The position numbers and the translations under genes are program-made. From NCBI GenBank assembly GCA_000004985.1, contig GG738908.1: a stretch of 64,000 bases of DNA; one strand, written 5' to 3'. Origin of the DNA: Naegleria gruberi (taxonomy: Eukaryota). Numbering within the stretch: position 1 is the stretch's first letter; every line of letters starts with the position of its first letter. Of this stretch, positions 33,782 through 45,400 are shown in pieces. Under the pieces are notes generated by a model, which searched no databases, was not told the origin of the DNA, and was given only the letters and a program-made list of their open reading frames with translations.

Positions 33782-36700
33782 ATGTATATTGACAACTGGA
33801 ATGAAATGAATGGACAAACATTCTATGAAGATGATGTTTTATTTGTTGGTTTCTCTGGAACCAGTTTCGAGGGAAGAACGTTAATGAGATTCAGCAACTT
33901 GCAAGGTAAATTACCAGTTGGTGCCTATATTAGCTCTGCATCATTGGATTTGACCTATGTAGCCTGGGTGAAAGGATGTAAGATTAGAGTCAATTATTTG
34001 AATAATACTTGGGTTGTGGCCAAGAAAACAGGTTGGAGATTTAGAAATTACGACCAGAAACTGGAATGGATTAGTGCAGGAGGAGATGTATTATCTAATT
34101 CTTATTCTGTTATGGAAAGTGGAATGAGTGATGATGGAAATCAAATCAAATCCATAGCTCTGGATCCTTATATTGTACAATCGTGGTTTGATGATAATTC
34201 AAAGAATAATGGCGTCATGATTAGCGAGGTTATAGGAACCACCATCAAACCAACAATCTTCGGAGGAAACTCTACTATTAGCTTCAGACCAAGATTAACA
34301 ATAACCTACCAATTACAACCAACCAAGCCTCCACAATACCCAATGGTTTTAGGCTTATTACCACTGAGAATATTTGTACAATCCAAGACTGTTAATTGCT
34401 CACAAATTGATTGTGGCGATGATGATACTGGATCTGGAGCTATCAATGCTCCTTTCAGATCCCTCGCGAAGGCCATCACATTTGCACAACCAAATGATAT
34501 TATTTTGTTGAGAGAGGGTGTTCATGCAGGTAATGTTCAAATTACAAGAAGAAATATTACCATTCAGTCCTACTCAAATGAGAAGGCAATCATTGCTAGC
34601 CCTGTGAATGACCCATCCATTGCAATAGCTCTCTATTTTAGAAGAGATTCTTCGTATTCTACTCTGAGAAATGTAGAACTTGTGGGAGGTTTTGATTATG
34701 CAATCAGATTAGAGTCCAGTATTGATTGGGGTGGAAATAACCTGAAATATGGAGCATCTAATATTGTTATTGAAAATTGTAAGATACACGGTAGTGGCTA
34801 TCACCTAATTAAGATTGACTCTCTTTGTGAGAATGTAAATATTAGAAATAATGAACTTTTTGATGCTGGTAAAAGAGTTAGAACTGGTGGAAGTGCTATT
34901 GTTTGCTATGATACTTTCATGACCAGAATCCAGGATAATTACATTCACCACACTATGGGCGCAGCAGTAATGATCAAGTCAGGTGCCAGAAATTCAATAA
35001 TTGAAAGAAATTATATTAACAAAATTTATGGAGCTGGTATTTTAGTTGGTTTTTATGAGACTGGAGAGTATTTTAGTGATCCAAGCCAGAATCCTCTCTA
35101 TTATCAAGCCGTTAATACCATTGTGAGAAACAATATTCTGAATGATATTTCTGGAGCTGGAATAGGACTTTATTCTGCAAAAAATACACTTATCCTATTC
35201 AACACTATTTGGAAAGCTGCAAAAGATAACCAGGCAGGTATTTTAATTAATGTTGTTCAAACATGGGTCAGTAACAGCTACTCGCCTATTGTACCTTGTA
35301 CCAATGTTACAATCATGAATAATATCATTGGTACAGCTACTGAAAGAATTATAGAGATTCGAACACTCACTAGCTATGTTGATGATTCAGTTGTTGGAGG
35401 ACTAGAGGGTAATATGAATGTATCTTTCAATATTTACTATTCCATGAAGAATGCTAATGGAGTGAATGGTCTCTTTTCTGATCAGAGAAATACTATTGGT
35501 TATGTTGGAGGATTCTCAGGATGGCAAACTAAATATCAGGATTATGGAAGTGTTGAAGGAAATCCTCTAATTGATCCAATAGCTTATTATCCCACCTCAA
35601 CTTCAAATGCTATCGGAAAAGGAATGTATATTCCCTCCACAATCTCAGATTACTTTGGAAGACCAATGAAATCCAAGTTGGTGACTATTGGTGCCTTACA
35701 GTTCCTCAATGATGGTTTCGAAGATGATCCAACCATGAAATATTCCATTACTAACATTATTTACAATCCTTCATTTAATGGAACTGTTCCACCAAAAGAT
35801 GTGCCAACTTGGGCACCTCCAACCACATACAGAACTATTTACGTATCTGCAACCAATGGTAACGACAATTCAGGAAATGGTACCATTGTCAATCCTTTTA
35901 AAACCATCAAAAAGGTTACTGATTCCTCTTTCGCAAAGGATAATGATATTGTAATTGTGAGAGGTGGTATTTATCAAGAAGGAGCCATTCGTATATCTTC
36001 AACCAATTATACTATCAAATCTTATGAGAATGAGATTGTCACGATTGTTAGTGATATTAACAATGGTAATATTTTATGGGGAATTAAAACCTTTTCCAAA
36101 TTTGTAACCATTGAAGGGTTGGAAATTGTTGGTTCATTCTACTATGGACTAATGATTGACTCTTCAGATGTTACCATAAGAAAGGTCAAGATTCATGATA
36201 CAGGTTCAGATTGTATTAAACTTTCTCCTTTCACCAAGAGAATTTCCATTCTCCAGAGCGAAATTTACCATTGTGGAAAGAGAAAAACCTATCAAGCAGG
36301 TAATCCAAATCAAGATTCAGCAAGTGGTGATGGCATTCGATGTGTTAATGTAGATGATGTATTCATTAGTAGAAATTACATTCACGATCTCACTGGAACA
36401 GCCATAAAAACTCAAGGAGGAGGTCTTAGGGCTATAATTGAGAGAAATCTCATTCTTAATATTGGAGGCTTAGGAATTACTTTAGGATTTTATGAAGAAA
36501 CTTCCTATATGGATCCAACACAGAATGTATACTACTATGAAGCTATTGAAGGATTAGTGAGGAATAATATTATAGTCAATGTGCAAGGATGTGGTGTAGG
36601 TCTCTATGCATCGAAAAATTCTAGAGTTTTACACAATACCATTGTGAGTTCAGCCCTTTCGATGCAAGTTCCTATTTTATTGGCTGCTAGTCCTCATACA

Positions 36701-39622
36701 ATCAATAGCGTAGAGATTGCAGGTCAGAGTAATCACAATCCAATGGTTAAGAATAATATTGTGCAAGTTTCAGAATCTGGTATAACTCAGACAATTTATG
36801 AAATCAGAGTTCAGGATGGAGATGCTTTGGATAACTCTAAACTAGATTCAAATTTCAATATTTATTACAGTAATTTCAATAATTACCATGGAAACTCTTT
36901 GGCGAATATCAATTTTATGGATAGAAGATTATCAAGCTACCTGTTTACTTCTGATTTTCATTTATGGAGAGCTCATATTCAATCTGATTACAACTCGTCT
37001 ATAACTGATCCAAAACTTGATTTCAATTTGAACATTGGAGAAGACAGTCCAGCTAGAAATACAGCACCTCTTCTTTCTGAAGTTTCTGAAGATTTCTATG
37101 GTAATTCAAGATCAGAAAACAATAATGACATTGGTGCCCTATTATTCACAACTGATTTGTCAAATTCTTCGTACTATCCTCCTGTAGTTGGAAGTTTATT
37201 ATTGAAGAGTGGTAAAAACGTATGCTCTGGAAATATGAGCTCGTTTGAAACTCCTAGAACCTACTATGTACATAATATTGAGGGTTCGGACACTGATTGT
37301 TTGGGAACTTTTGACATGCCCTTCAAAACTATTCAACAGGCACTCGCGGTAGCTTCTCCCTTCAGTAATATAACGATAAGGTACACTGGAGTGTCCTACA
37401 ATGAATCGTTATCTATCAAGACACCCTATTTGAGAATTTCAACATTTGAGAATGATCCATACGAGGCATTGATTCTTTCTTCAATTTATTCACCATCTAT
37501 TCTTCATACTTTGAGATTTGAATCAACTGCTTTCGGTTGTTCTCTTAGTAGATTACATCTTCAAGGAGGATATTTCTATACTCTTAAAGTAGATGCAGAT
37601 AATATTCAAGTAGATCGCTCAATTATTCACTATTGCGGTACTAAATGTGTGTTTGCCTTAAATGCTGATAATTTCACACTCACCAACAGCGAAGTGTATG
37701 ATTCTGGAATGAGAGATCCAAGCGAAGGTGAAGGAGTTCATGCGGTTGTTTCCCATAACTTTGAATGTAAGGACAACTATGTTCATGACATTACTGCCGA
37801 TGCTATCAAATTAGAAGGAGGGTCATCTCACGCAATAATTGCTGGTAATGCTATTTCTAATGCAGATAGAGGTATTCTAGTTGGTGGAAGAATTGATAAT
37901 TTGGATTTATTTGAAAAATCTAATACTCATCTTTATGAAACGTATAATTCTTCGGTTTATAATAATATTATTTCAAACACATTTGGAGTTGGAATTGCAA
38001 TGTATGGAGCTAAGCAATGTGAAATTTATTTCAATACCATTCTGAATACATGTATTACTAACACACAAGGAGCAGCCATTCATTTGGCTAGTACGAAACA
38101 TAGAAATTTAGTTATTACTCCAGTTGACTCCCTAGTTATTGTAAACAATATTGTTTATAATAGCGATCCAAGCAATGCAGGTGCCATGATTAGAATTGAT
38201 GAAGGTCTTGAGGGTTTTTCAGCATCCATCACTGGATCTGTCGTAATGAACAATAACCTGTATTATTCCAACAAATCATCCGTGTTTGTGGATGGAAGAA
38301 AGGCAACTAAATTTTCAGGAAACTTTAATATTTGGAAAACTCAAATCTCCAACTACTTTGGAAATGGAAACGAAGTCAACAGCTTGAACGTAGCTCCATT
38401 ATTAGATACTGATAATCTTTCTCCAAAGGGCTCTTCACCTGTGATATCTTCTGGACAAATTTCTTCAATAACTCAATCCATAACAAGCGATTTTTATGGC
38501 AATGTCAGAGATTCAATTAATTCTTCTGATATTGGTGCCATAGTGGGTGATGCTCTCATTGTTTCCAAATCAAAGCCAAGAACTATTCCACTGAATATTT
38601 CTAAGATTGCCCTCTCCAAAAGTTCAAACATTGTTAGATATCCTCCAAGCGGAAAGCAATCAACATGGTTTGTTCCTGGCTATACAACAGTTGACGATCC
38701 ATCCCTGTTTGATTTGTCCAATTGTTCTATCTATCCTTCTGATAATCCATGGAATCAAGATATTTCCAATCTACCTGTTCATCCTCGATCTGATGCCTTC
38801 ATTAATAATGTACCAAAGAAGTTTCTTCATGCAGACTTTGGAACGACATACGATGGTGCACTGAATGGTATTCCTTATGTAATTGTAACCAAAGATCAAG
38901 AAAAAGTTGGAATTACTCTGACTTCCTATGCTTCTGAATCTGATCCAGGTCCATATCCATTTCCAGAAGGAGCTCCTATTGAGGGAGGCCCTAATTCTAA
39001 TGGAGATCGACATATAATTGTATTGGAAAAGGATAGTTGTAAGCTGTACGAAACTTGGAGAACTTTCCCTATTTTGAAACAGTATCGTGAATCAGAGGGA
39101 GGAAACTTTTTCACAGCCGAATGTGGAGCTATTTTCGATTTGAAGTCAAACAATTTAAGACCACTTGGATATACTTCATCTGATGCGGCTGGTTTACCTG
39201 TTTATCCAGGACTTGTAAAGTATGACGAAATTGTTGTAAAGAAACAACTCAATCATGCTGTCAGATTCACAGTAATGACAAGTCAGAAAGCTTACATCTT
39301 ACCAGCTACTCACTTTGCCTCCTCAAATACGAATCCAAATATCATGCCAATGGGATTGAGATTGAGAATGAAGGCAACCTATGATTGTTCTCTCTTATCA
39401 GAGGAAATTCAAGTAATTTGCGCAGGATTGAAAAAGTTTGGCATGATTTTGGCAGACAATGGTGGAGATTTTTATGTTTCAGGATCTCCACATCCATTGT
39501 GGGATGATAATCACCTCAATGATATGAAGAAGATTCCATCTCTTGCCTTTGAAGTTGTCTACACTGGAAAGACATGTATTGATCCTAGTTGTAACACATG
39601 GAGAGATGAAATTATCAATTAA
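33782..39622 (+). CDS. Giant (1946 aa) protein with three tandem right-handed parallel beta-helix (pectin-lyase-fold) modules and a conserved ~330-aa C-terminal domain
   Basis: One uninterrupted ORF. Three modules each start with a NPFKTIKK / APFRSLAKA / MPFKTIQQAL ... (R)GG(I)Y motif. Each is followed by about 20 NxI/NNxI beta-helix rungs (IHHT/IHD motifs, FYE(E)T..Y.DP.QN..YY.A insertions). The C-terminal domain is GDRHIIVLEKDSCKLYETWRTFP...ICAGLKKFGMILADNGGDFYVSGSPHPLWDD. Confidence 0.8.
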   Translation: MYIDNWNEMNGQTFYEDDVLFVGFSGTSFEGRTLMRFSNLQGKLPVGAYISSASLDLTYVAWVKGCKIRVNYLNNTWVVAKKTGWRFRNYDQKLEWISAGGDVLSNSYSVMESGMSDDGNQIKSIALDPYIVQSWFDDNSKNNGVMISEVIGTTIKPTIFGGNSTISFRPRLTITYQLQPTKPPQYPMVLGLLPLRIFVQSKTVNCSQIDCGDDDTGSGAINAPFRSLAKAITFAQPNDIILLREGVHAGNVQITRRNITIQSYSNEKAIIASPVNDPSIAIALYFRRDSSYSTLRNVELVGGFDYAIRLESSIDWGGNNLKYGASNIVIENCKIHGSGYHLIKIDSLCENVNIRNNELFDAGKRVRTGGSAIVCYDTFMTRIQDNYIHHTMGAAVMIKSGARNSIIERNYINKIYGAGILVGFYETGEYFSDPSQNPLYYQAVNTIVRNNILNDISGAGIGLYSAKNTLILFNTIWKAAKDNQAGILINVVQTWVSNSYSPIVPCTNVTIMNNIIGTATERIIEIRTLTSYVDDSVVGGLEGNMNVSFNIYYSMKNANGVNGLFSDQRNTIGYVGGFSGWQTKYQDYGSVEGNPLIDPIAYYPTSTSNAIGKGMYIPSTISDYFGRPMKSKLVTIGALQFLNDGFEDDPTMKYSITNIIYNPSFNGTVPPKDVPTWAPPTTYRTIYVSATNGNDNSGNGTIVNPFKTIKKVTDSSFAKDNDIVIVRGGIYQEGAIRISSTNYTIKSYENEIVTIVSDINNGNILWGIKTFSKFVTIEGLEIVGSFYYGLMIDSSDVTIRKVKIHDTGSDCIKLSPFTKRISILQSEIYHCGKRKTYQAGNPNQDSASGDGIRCVNVDDVFISRNYIHDLTGTAIKTQGGGLRAIIERNLILNIGGLGITLGFYEETSYMDPTQNVYYYEAIEGLVRNNIIVNVQGCGVGLYASKNSRVLHNTIVSSALSMQVPILLAASPHTINSVEIAGQSNHNPMVKNNIVQVSESGITQTIYEIRVQDGDALDNSKLDSNFNIYYSNFNNYHGNSLANINFMDRRLSSYLFTSDFHLWRAHIQSDYNSSITDPKLDFNLNIGEDSPARNTAPLLSEVSEDFYGNSRSENNNDIGALLFTTDLSNSSYYPPVVGSLLLKSGKNVCSGNMSSFETPRTYYVHNIEGSDTDCLGTFDMPFKTIQQALAVASPFSNITIRYTGVSYNESLSIKTPYLRISTFENDPYEALILSSIYSPSILHTLRFESTAFGCSLSRLHLQGGYFYTLKVDADNIQVDRSIIHYCGTKCVFALNADNFTLTNSEVYDSGMRDPSEGEGVHAVVSHNFECKDNYVHDITADAIKLEGGSSHAIIAGNAISNADRGILVGGRIDNLDLFEKSNTHLYETYNSSVYNNIISNTFGVGIAMYGAKQCEIYFNTILNTCITNTQGAAIHLASTKHRNLVITPVDSLVIVNNIVYNSDPSNAGAMIRIDEGLEGFSASITGSVVMNNNLYYSNKSSVFVDGRKATKFSGNFNIWKTQISNYFGNGNEVNSLNVAPLLDTDNLSPKGSSPVISSGQISSITQSITSDFYGNVRDSINSSDIGAIVGDALIVSKSKPRTIPLNISKIALSKSSNIVRYPPSGKQSTWFVPGYTTVDDPSLFDLSNCSIYPSDNPWNQDISNLPVHPRSDAFINNVPKKFLHADFGTTYDGALNGIPYVIVTKDQEKVGITLTSYASESDPGPYPFPEGAPIEGGPNSNGDRHIIVLEKDSCKLYETWRTFPILKQYRESEGGNFFTAECGAIFDLKSNNLRPLGYTSSDAAGLPVYPGLVKYDEIVVKKQLNHAVRFTVMTSQKAYILPATHFASSNTNPNIMPMGLRLRMKATYDCSLLSEEIQVICAGLKKFGMILADNGGDFYVSGSPHPLWDDNHLNDMKKIPSLAFEVVYTGKTCIDPSCNTWRDEIIN

Positions 39623-40150
39623 AAGTTTCTTTTTAAGATGAAAAAAGGTGACAGAAGGATCAGGTCGATCTCTTTTCACAGCAATCCAATCTTCCTGACT
39701 TCTGCCACCCATATAGTATATTGGTATATTTCTTTTGCTGAATAGATTGCTGATAATCTTGTTGAAGCAAATGATTTACAATCATGACAACAACAGTAGA
39801 GATTGAACCATTTTGGTTTTCCTTTAATTTGTTTTTGAAAATATCCAAATTGAACTTTCATTAAGGTTGGTTTATAATCTTTCCAACCATTACAACAGGA
39901 TTCCTTGTCTGGTTCATCTTTTACATCCCAAATAAATTGACTTTGTGTTCATTACATTCCTGTAACATGAACAGGTTGCAATAGTTTCAAAGTTGTGTAA
40001 CAAATGAAACGTTGAGATTTTATTAAGGACCTTATTTCATTTCTAATTGAAAACTGATATTTGAGGAGATAAAATGGATCTTATTTGATGTTTCTTATCG
40101 GTGTTATTCTTTACAAAAATATAATACCATAAGAGCGATTATAGCGCAAC

Positions 40151-41791
40151 ATGAAACTAAAGGATCGAGATTCTAATAACCAATCGGACAACCAGGAGTG
40201 TGAAAAGAATGAATTCGAAAAAATGTCGCAAGAGAATGAAGAGGAGATTGTTATTGTTGGTAGTAGTAGCTTGGAGCAGGAGGAAAACGGCATGAAGAGA
40301 ATATTTAGTTGGATTTCGTCTCGTTTAAAATCTGAAAAAACTAACAATGGACCAAAACTTTATTCCAAACGATGGGGAATTTTATTAATTTATGGCTTGA
40401 CTTTATTAATTTCCATCATGTACCAATCCACATTTTCGTCCATAAGGTATTTAGTCAACTTTCTAATAGAAATTACAACTAACTGAATAATAATTAGCAC
40501 CATAGCAATGCAATATTACAAAATTCCAAACCAAAACTGGAAAATCAACATGATGACCCTCATTTACATGATCCTAAACATTCCCGCCTCAATCACAGGT
40601 TCCTTCCTCACCAAAAAGTTTGGCCTCAGATTTGGCATGATTCTCGTGGCGTGGTTAAATTTCATTGGTGGTTGCATTCGATGTTTAGGATACAAAAAGG
40701 GAAACGAAACATTCTTTTGGATTGCATTTGGTGGTCAGATTTTCTGTGCCCTAGCTCAACCATTGGCCTTAAATAGTGCAACACTTTTGGCATTTAATTG
40801 GTTTGGTGAGAAGGAGAGAACTGTTGTGTCTGTGGTTAGTGTATTGATGGCCATATTTGGAGGTGGTGCTTCTTTTGCAATTGGTCCAAGTTTACTAACT
40901 GCTGGATCGACGGATATGTCAGGTTCTGAATTTGGAATGTTGACTTTTTTGGGAGCTCAGGTTTTGATTGCCACGATGAATTTATTGTTGGTTGTAGTAT
41001 TTTTCAAAGCAAATCCTCCAACGCCACCTATTCTACTCAAGAGCTCAAAATCAGAAGAAACCATTGCTTCCATCAATAGTGAGCCAGCAATGGAGGACGA
41101 AAGTAGTCGAAAGAATGACGAAACTTTATCACTAATTGACATTGGCACAAAACAAACATTCTTTGAAGGTGTCAAATCAATCATCACAGACATTCATTTC
41201 ATCAACTTGGCTCTTGCCTTTACCTTTGTCAATTCTGTATTTAGCTCATTCGCCTCAATTCTAAATCAAGTAATTCAATCGAAAGGATACACACCATTCG
41301 ATGGTTCCAAATTCAACATAATCATGATGGTTTGCAGTGTGATTGGATCCATCGTCATGGGAATTCTCTTTGACAAGACGAAACGTTACAAACTCATTGC
41401 CATGATGAGCAGTTTATTAGCAACTTTTGGATTTGCATGTTTTGCAACTGTCATGATTTGGAATCGATCTGATTTTCTATTTGGAATGGGTTTATTTTCT
41501 CATTTGTTTATTGGGCTATTTGCCATTCCAACACTTCCTCTCATTGCACAAATGATTGCTGACGTGACCTTTCCAGTCTTACCTTCCACTTCGGCTGCTC
41601 TTGCTGGAGGTTTTGGAACTGTTTGTGCTGGAATTTATTTGATTATTATTAATTTTATTCAGGAATATGTTTCGAATGAAACTTCTTCGATTGTGATATT
41701 GTGGATGGATGTTGGAATGATGCTAATGTGTTTTATCATGTTGAGTTTATTTAGAGGAAAATTCAAAAGAACACTTTCAGAAAAATCCTAA
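40151..41791 (+). CDS. Major-facilitator-superfamily transporter (FLVCR/DIRC2-like), 2 exons
   Basis: Exon 1 is 40151..~40446 and exon 2 is ~40498..41791. The intron has a gtatttagtc donor and an aataattag acceptor and is ~51 nt. Exon 1 ends in frame on ...STFSSI and exon 2 begins STIAMQYYKIPNQNW.... There are about 12 TM helices, and the FGLRFG motif follows TM2. Confidence 0.7.
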
Positions 41792-41908
41792 TTCTTAATT
41801 TCCTAAAATAGTAATAGTTTCAAATTTATTGAAAATTGAACTAATTGTAAATTAATTGTAATATATTATAAATGGATGCTTGACCATCAATATTGCTAAA
41901 ATTGCGAA

Positions 41909-42205
41909 TTATTTCCTTATCTTCCTATTATATTCAATTATGAAATCTTGAATTTTAATGTAAATATTATCCTGAACTGCATAATCATGAACCTCTTCAA
42001 ATCCCTCAACATAATCTGATTCATCATATTTGCTGGGATTTACTTGAGAAAGACCCATTTCTTCGACTAGATCTTCAATTTGCTTTACAATGCAATTGAT
42101 TTTGTAAAATTCCAAGTCGAGTGGGAGAGAATTTCTCTCTGTCAGGTGATTTAAAACTTGGTTTAGAACCCTTTCGACTGCCTTGTCGCCGGCACTGCTG
42201 AACAT
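41909..42205 (-). CDS. Hypothetical small acidic protein (98 aa)
   Basis: A clean ORF between genes. I recognise no domain. Confidence 0.35.
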   Translation of the reverse strand: MFSSAGDKAVERVLNQVLNHLTERNSLPLDLEFYKINCIVKQIEDLVEEMGLSQVNPSKYDESDYVEGFEEVHDYAVQDNIYIKIQDFIIEYNRKIRK

Positions 42206-42465
42206 GGCGAAACATTTTTTTGAATCGTTTCAATTGTTGTTCTTCTTGATTAGTAGAAATTTATGGTAAAATTACAAATATGGATAATTTCTTTTTTAGA
42301 TATTTTCAAAAAACATAATTTAATAATAAATTGAACTAGTAGGAATGTAAATTATTGGTCATCTGAAATGATCTTGTTGATAAGATTTGATATTTATTTT
42401 GTGTTGAGATGTGAACTAATTCTCTCACATCGTGAAGTGAAATCAATAATTCTTTGATTGCTTCC

Positions 42466-45400
42466 TTATTGTCTCTTATATTTAATAATAAATTCAGGAT
42501 AACATTGACATTTATCATAGACAATGAATTCTCTATATGAATTAGTTGAAGTATTTGATTGACCAATAACACTATCATAAACTCTATTGTTACTTCCTGA
42601 AATTTCAGGTGGTCTTCTCTGATTATTCATCACTTGTTTTGTGAAATGAATTTGTCTTCCCATTACAACTCTACATAATAATAGAGTATATTCATTGGAA
42701 TGATCAGGTGTACAATATTGATCACTCTTTGAACAATATTCTGCAAAATAAATACCTGCTCCAAATAATCCATTTAAATTTGCAACTCTTTCATCAAATC
42801 CATGTTCTGCAATTGTATTCACAAATTCAGGTTTTGTTCCATGCCATAAATATTTTTCATTCATATTAGAATTTAATCCAATTGTTTTCATCCATTCAAA
42901 TGATTTTGATGTTTTTGAAATATTTTCAGTTTGAACTTGAAGTGAATTAATTGAATCTTGATATGAAATTAAATGATTCATTCTTGATTTGAATGAAGTG
43001 AAAAGTGTTGAATTTTCAATTCTTGAAACACTTGAAACAATTAATTTAGAATAATTAATTCTTGATAATTGATCTCTTCCAGATCCAAGTGTTGCAGAAT
43101 TACACGATACATTCATAATTTCTTGCATTGTATCTTTTAAATATTGTGTAACATCAACAGTGTAATATCTTTTCGAATAAGTTTGGAATGTGTTTCTTTT
43201 CCAATAACTTGGAAGTGAAATTGTTAATTGTTTGGATTTTGATTCTTTAATTTCCTTTTCCATCTTCTCAATTTCAATTTCTTTTTGTTTCAAATTTTGT
43301 AATTTCTTTGAAATTTCTTCACTTTTCTTTGACTTTGAATTTGAAAATTGTTTCTTTTCCTTTTCTAGATTTAAAATTTCAATTTTCAAATTTTCATGAT
43401 TTTTTTTCATTTTCAATTCAAATTCATTCAATTGATTCTGATAATCTTTCAATTCCTTTGATTGATTTTCCATTAATTGAACATGTTTCTGAATTTTAAC
43501 TTCATCTAATAATGTTCCTTTCAAAAAGAATTCATTTGCAAGTGCATCAGATGCAAATGGTCTCAAATTTACATCTGAATTCAAACATTCATCACATAAA
43601 TTATTCAATGATTTGAATTGTTTCAATTCTTGTTCTTTCATACAATTTTTAATTGTTTTACCAAATGCAAACATGTCAGATTTAAATGTTGCTGATGTTT
43701 TTCCATTCACTAATTCAGGTGCTAAATAATCCAATGTACCAGCAATTCCACTTGTTCTTGTGAATAAATTCATTGTTCTACTTGTTATATCTAAACTAAT
43801 ATCAAAATCACCTAAAATAATTGGATAATATTCTGTGATCATNNNNNNNNNNNNNNNNNNNNNNNNNNNNNNNNNNNNNNNNNNNNNNNNNNNNNNNNNN
43901 NNNNNNNNNNNNNNNNNNNNNNNNNNNNNNNNNNNNNNNNNNNNNNNNNNNNNNNNNNNNNNNNNNNNNNNNNNNNNNNNNNNNNNNNNNNNNNNNNNNN
44001 NNNNNNNNNNNNNNNNNNNNNNNNNNNNNNNNNNNNNNNNNNNNNNNNNNNNNNNNNNNNNNNNNNNNNNNNNNNNNNNNNNNNNNNNNNNNNNNNNNNN
44101 NNNNNNNNNNNNNNNNNNNNNNNNNNNNNNNNNNNNNNNNNNNNNNNNNNNNNNNNNNNNNNNNNNNNNNNNNNNNNNNNNNNNNNNNNNNNNNNNNNNN
44201 NNNNNNNNNNNNNNNNNNNNNNNNNNNNNNNNNNNNNNNNNNNNNNNNNNNNNNNNNNNNNNNNNNNNNNNNNNNNNNNNNNNNNNNNNNNNNNNNNNNN
44301 NNNNNNNNNNNNNNNNNNNNNNNNNNNNNNNNNNNNNNNNNNNNNNNNNNNNNNNTGTTATCACTTTCAGTGTAAATTCCTTCAATTTCAATAATATTTG
44401 AATGTTTTAACTTGTTTGTAATTNTCAATTCCTTTTCTAAACCTTCAATTGATTTCTTATCTTTTAAATTATATTGTTTAATTATATGTTTTTTATCATT
44501 TAAATCAATTCCAATAAAAACATTATGATTTCCATTCCAATTTTGAATTGGTTTAATTTCTTTAAACATTTCAGGTGTCATTTCATTAATATTTAAATTA
44601 GATAATAAATCACTTGCCATGTTTGATTTAATATCAAATCCAATTGTCGTTAATTGAAGAAATTTCATTTTAATTTCATTTAATTTTTGAATATTTTCCT
44701 TCAAATTAGATTTTAATTCAATTAAATTAAATTCTTTAATTTGAATTTCATCTTTAATATCATTCATTTCATCTTCATTATTAACATGTTTCAATTCATC
44801 TTTTAATCCTTCAATATCTAGATTTAACATATTTAAATTTCTTGTAATTCTTGTTTTTTGTCTTTGAATGGTTTTAAATTGTTCAGATAAATTTGAATAA
44901 TTATTCATAATATTTATAATATTTTGTAACATTTCATATTTTTCAATTATATATGGAATTGTTTCTTGAATTAATAATTTACAATTTAATTCTTGTTTTT
45001 GATAATAATTATATAATTCTAAAATATTCATTTGATCATTGTCTGAAATTAATACTTTACAATTTGATAATATATTATTTAAATATAATTCTTCTTGTTC
45101 TGATAATTCCATTGCTTTTTGTAAATTATTTGAAAATTGTGTCAAATCAATTTCATTACAATAATTGATAGAGTTTACAATATTTGATAATTGTTTTGTA
45201 ACTTGTTGTAATATTGTTTTAGTTTCATTTCCAAATTTATTATGAGTTGGAACTATATTAATACTGTTTATATTCTTAATAGATTGTTCACTCATTTCAA
45301 TACTGTCAAATAATTCTTGTTTAATAAATTGAGAATTAAATTCATTAAATAATTCTAATTTTTCACTTAATACTTCTAAATAAGATTGTAATTTAAATAA

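Noticed and set aside
34000-39153. Internal or antisense small ORFs inside the giant beta-helix gene (38607..38864+, 38771..39013-, 38926..39153-)
   Set aside because: They are embedded in an uninterrupted 5.8-kb ORF with a clear repeat and domain structure.
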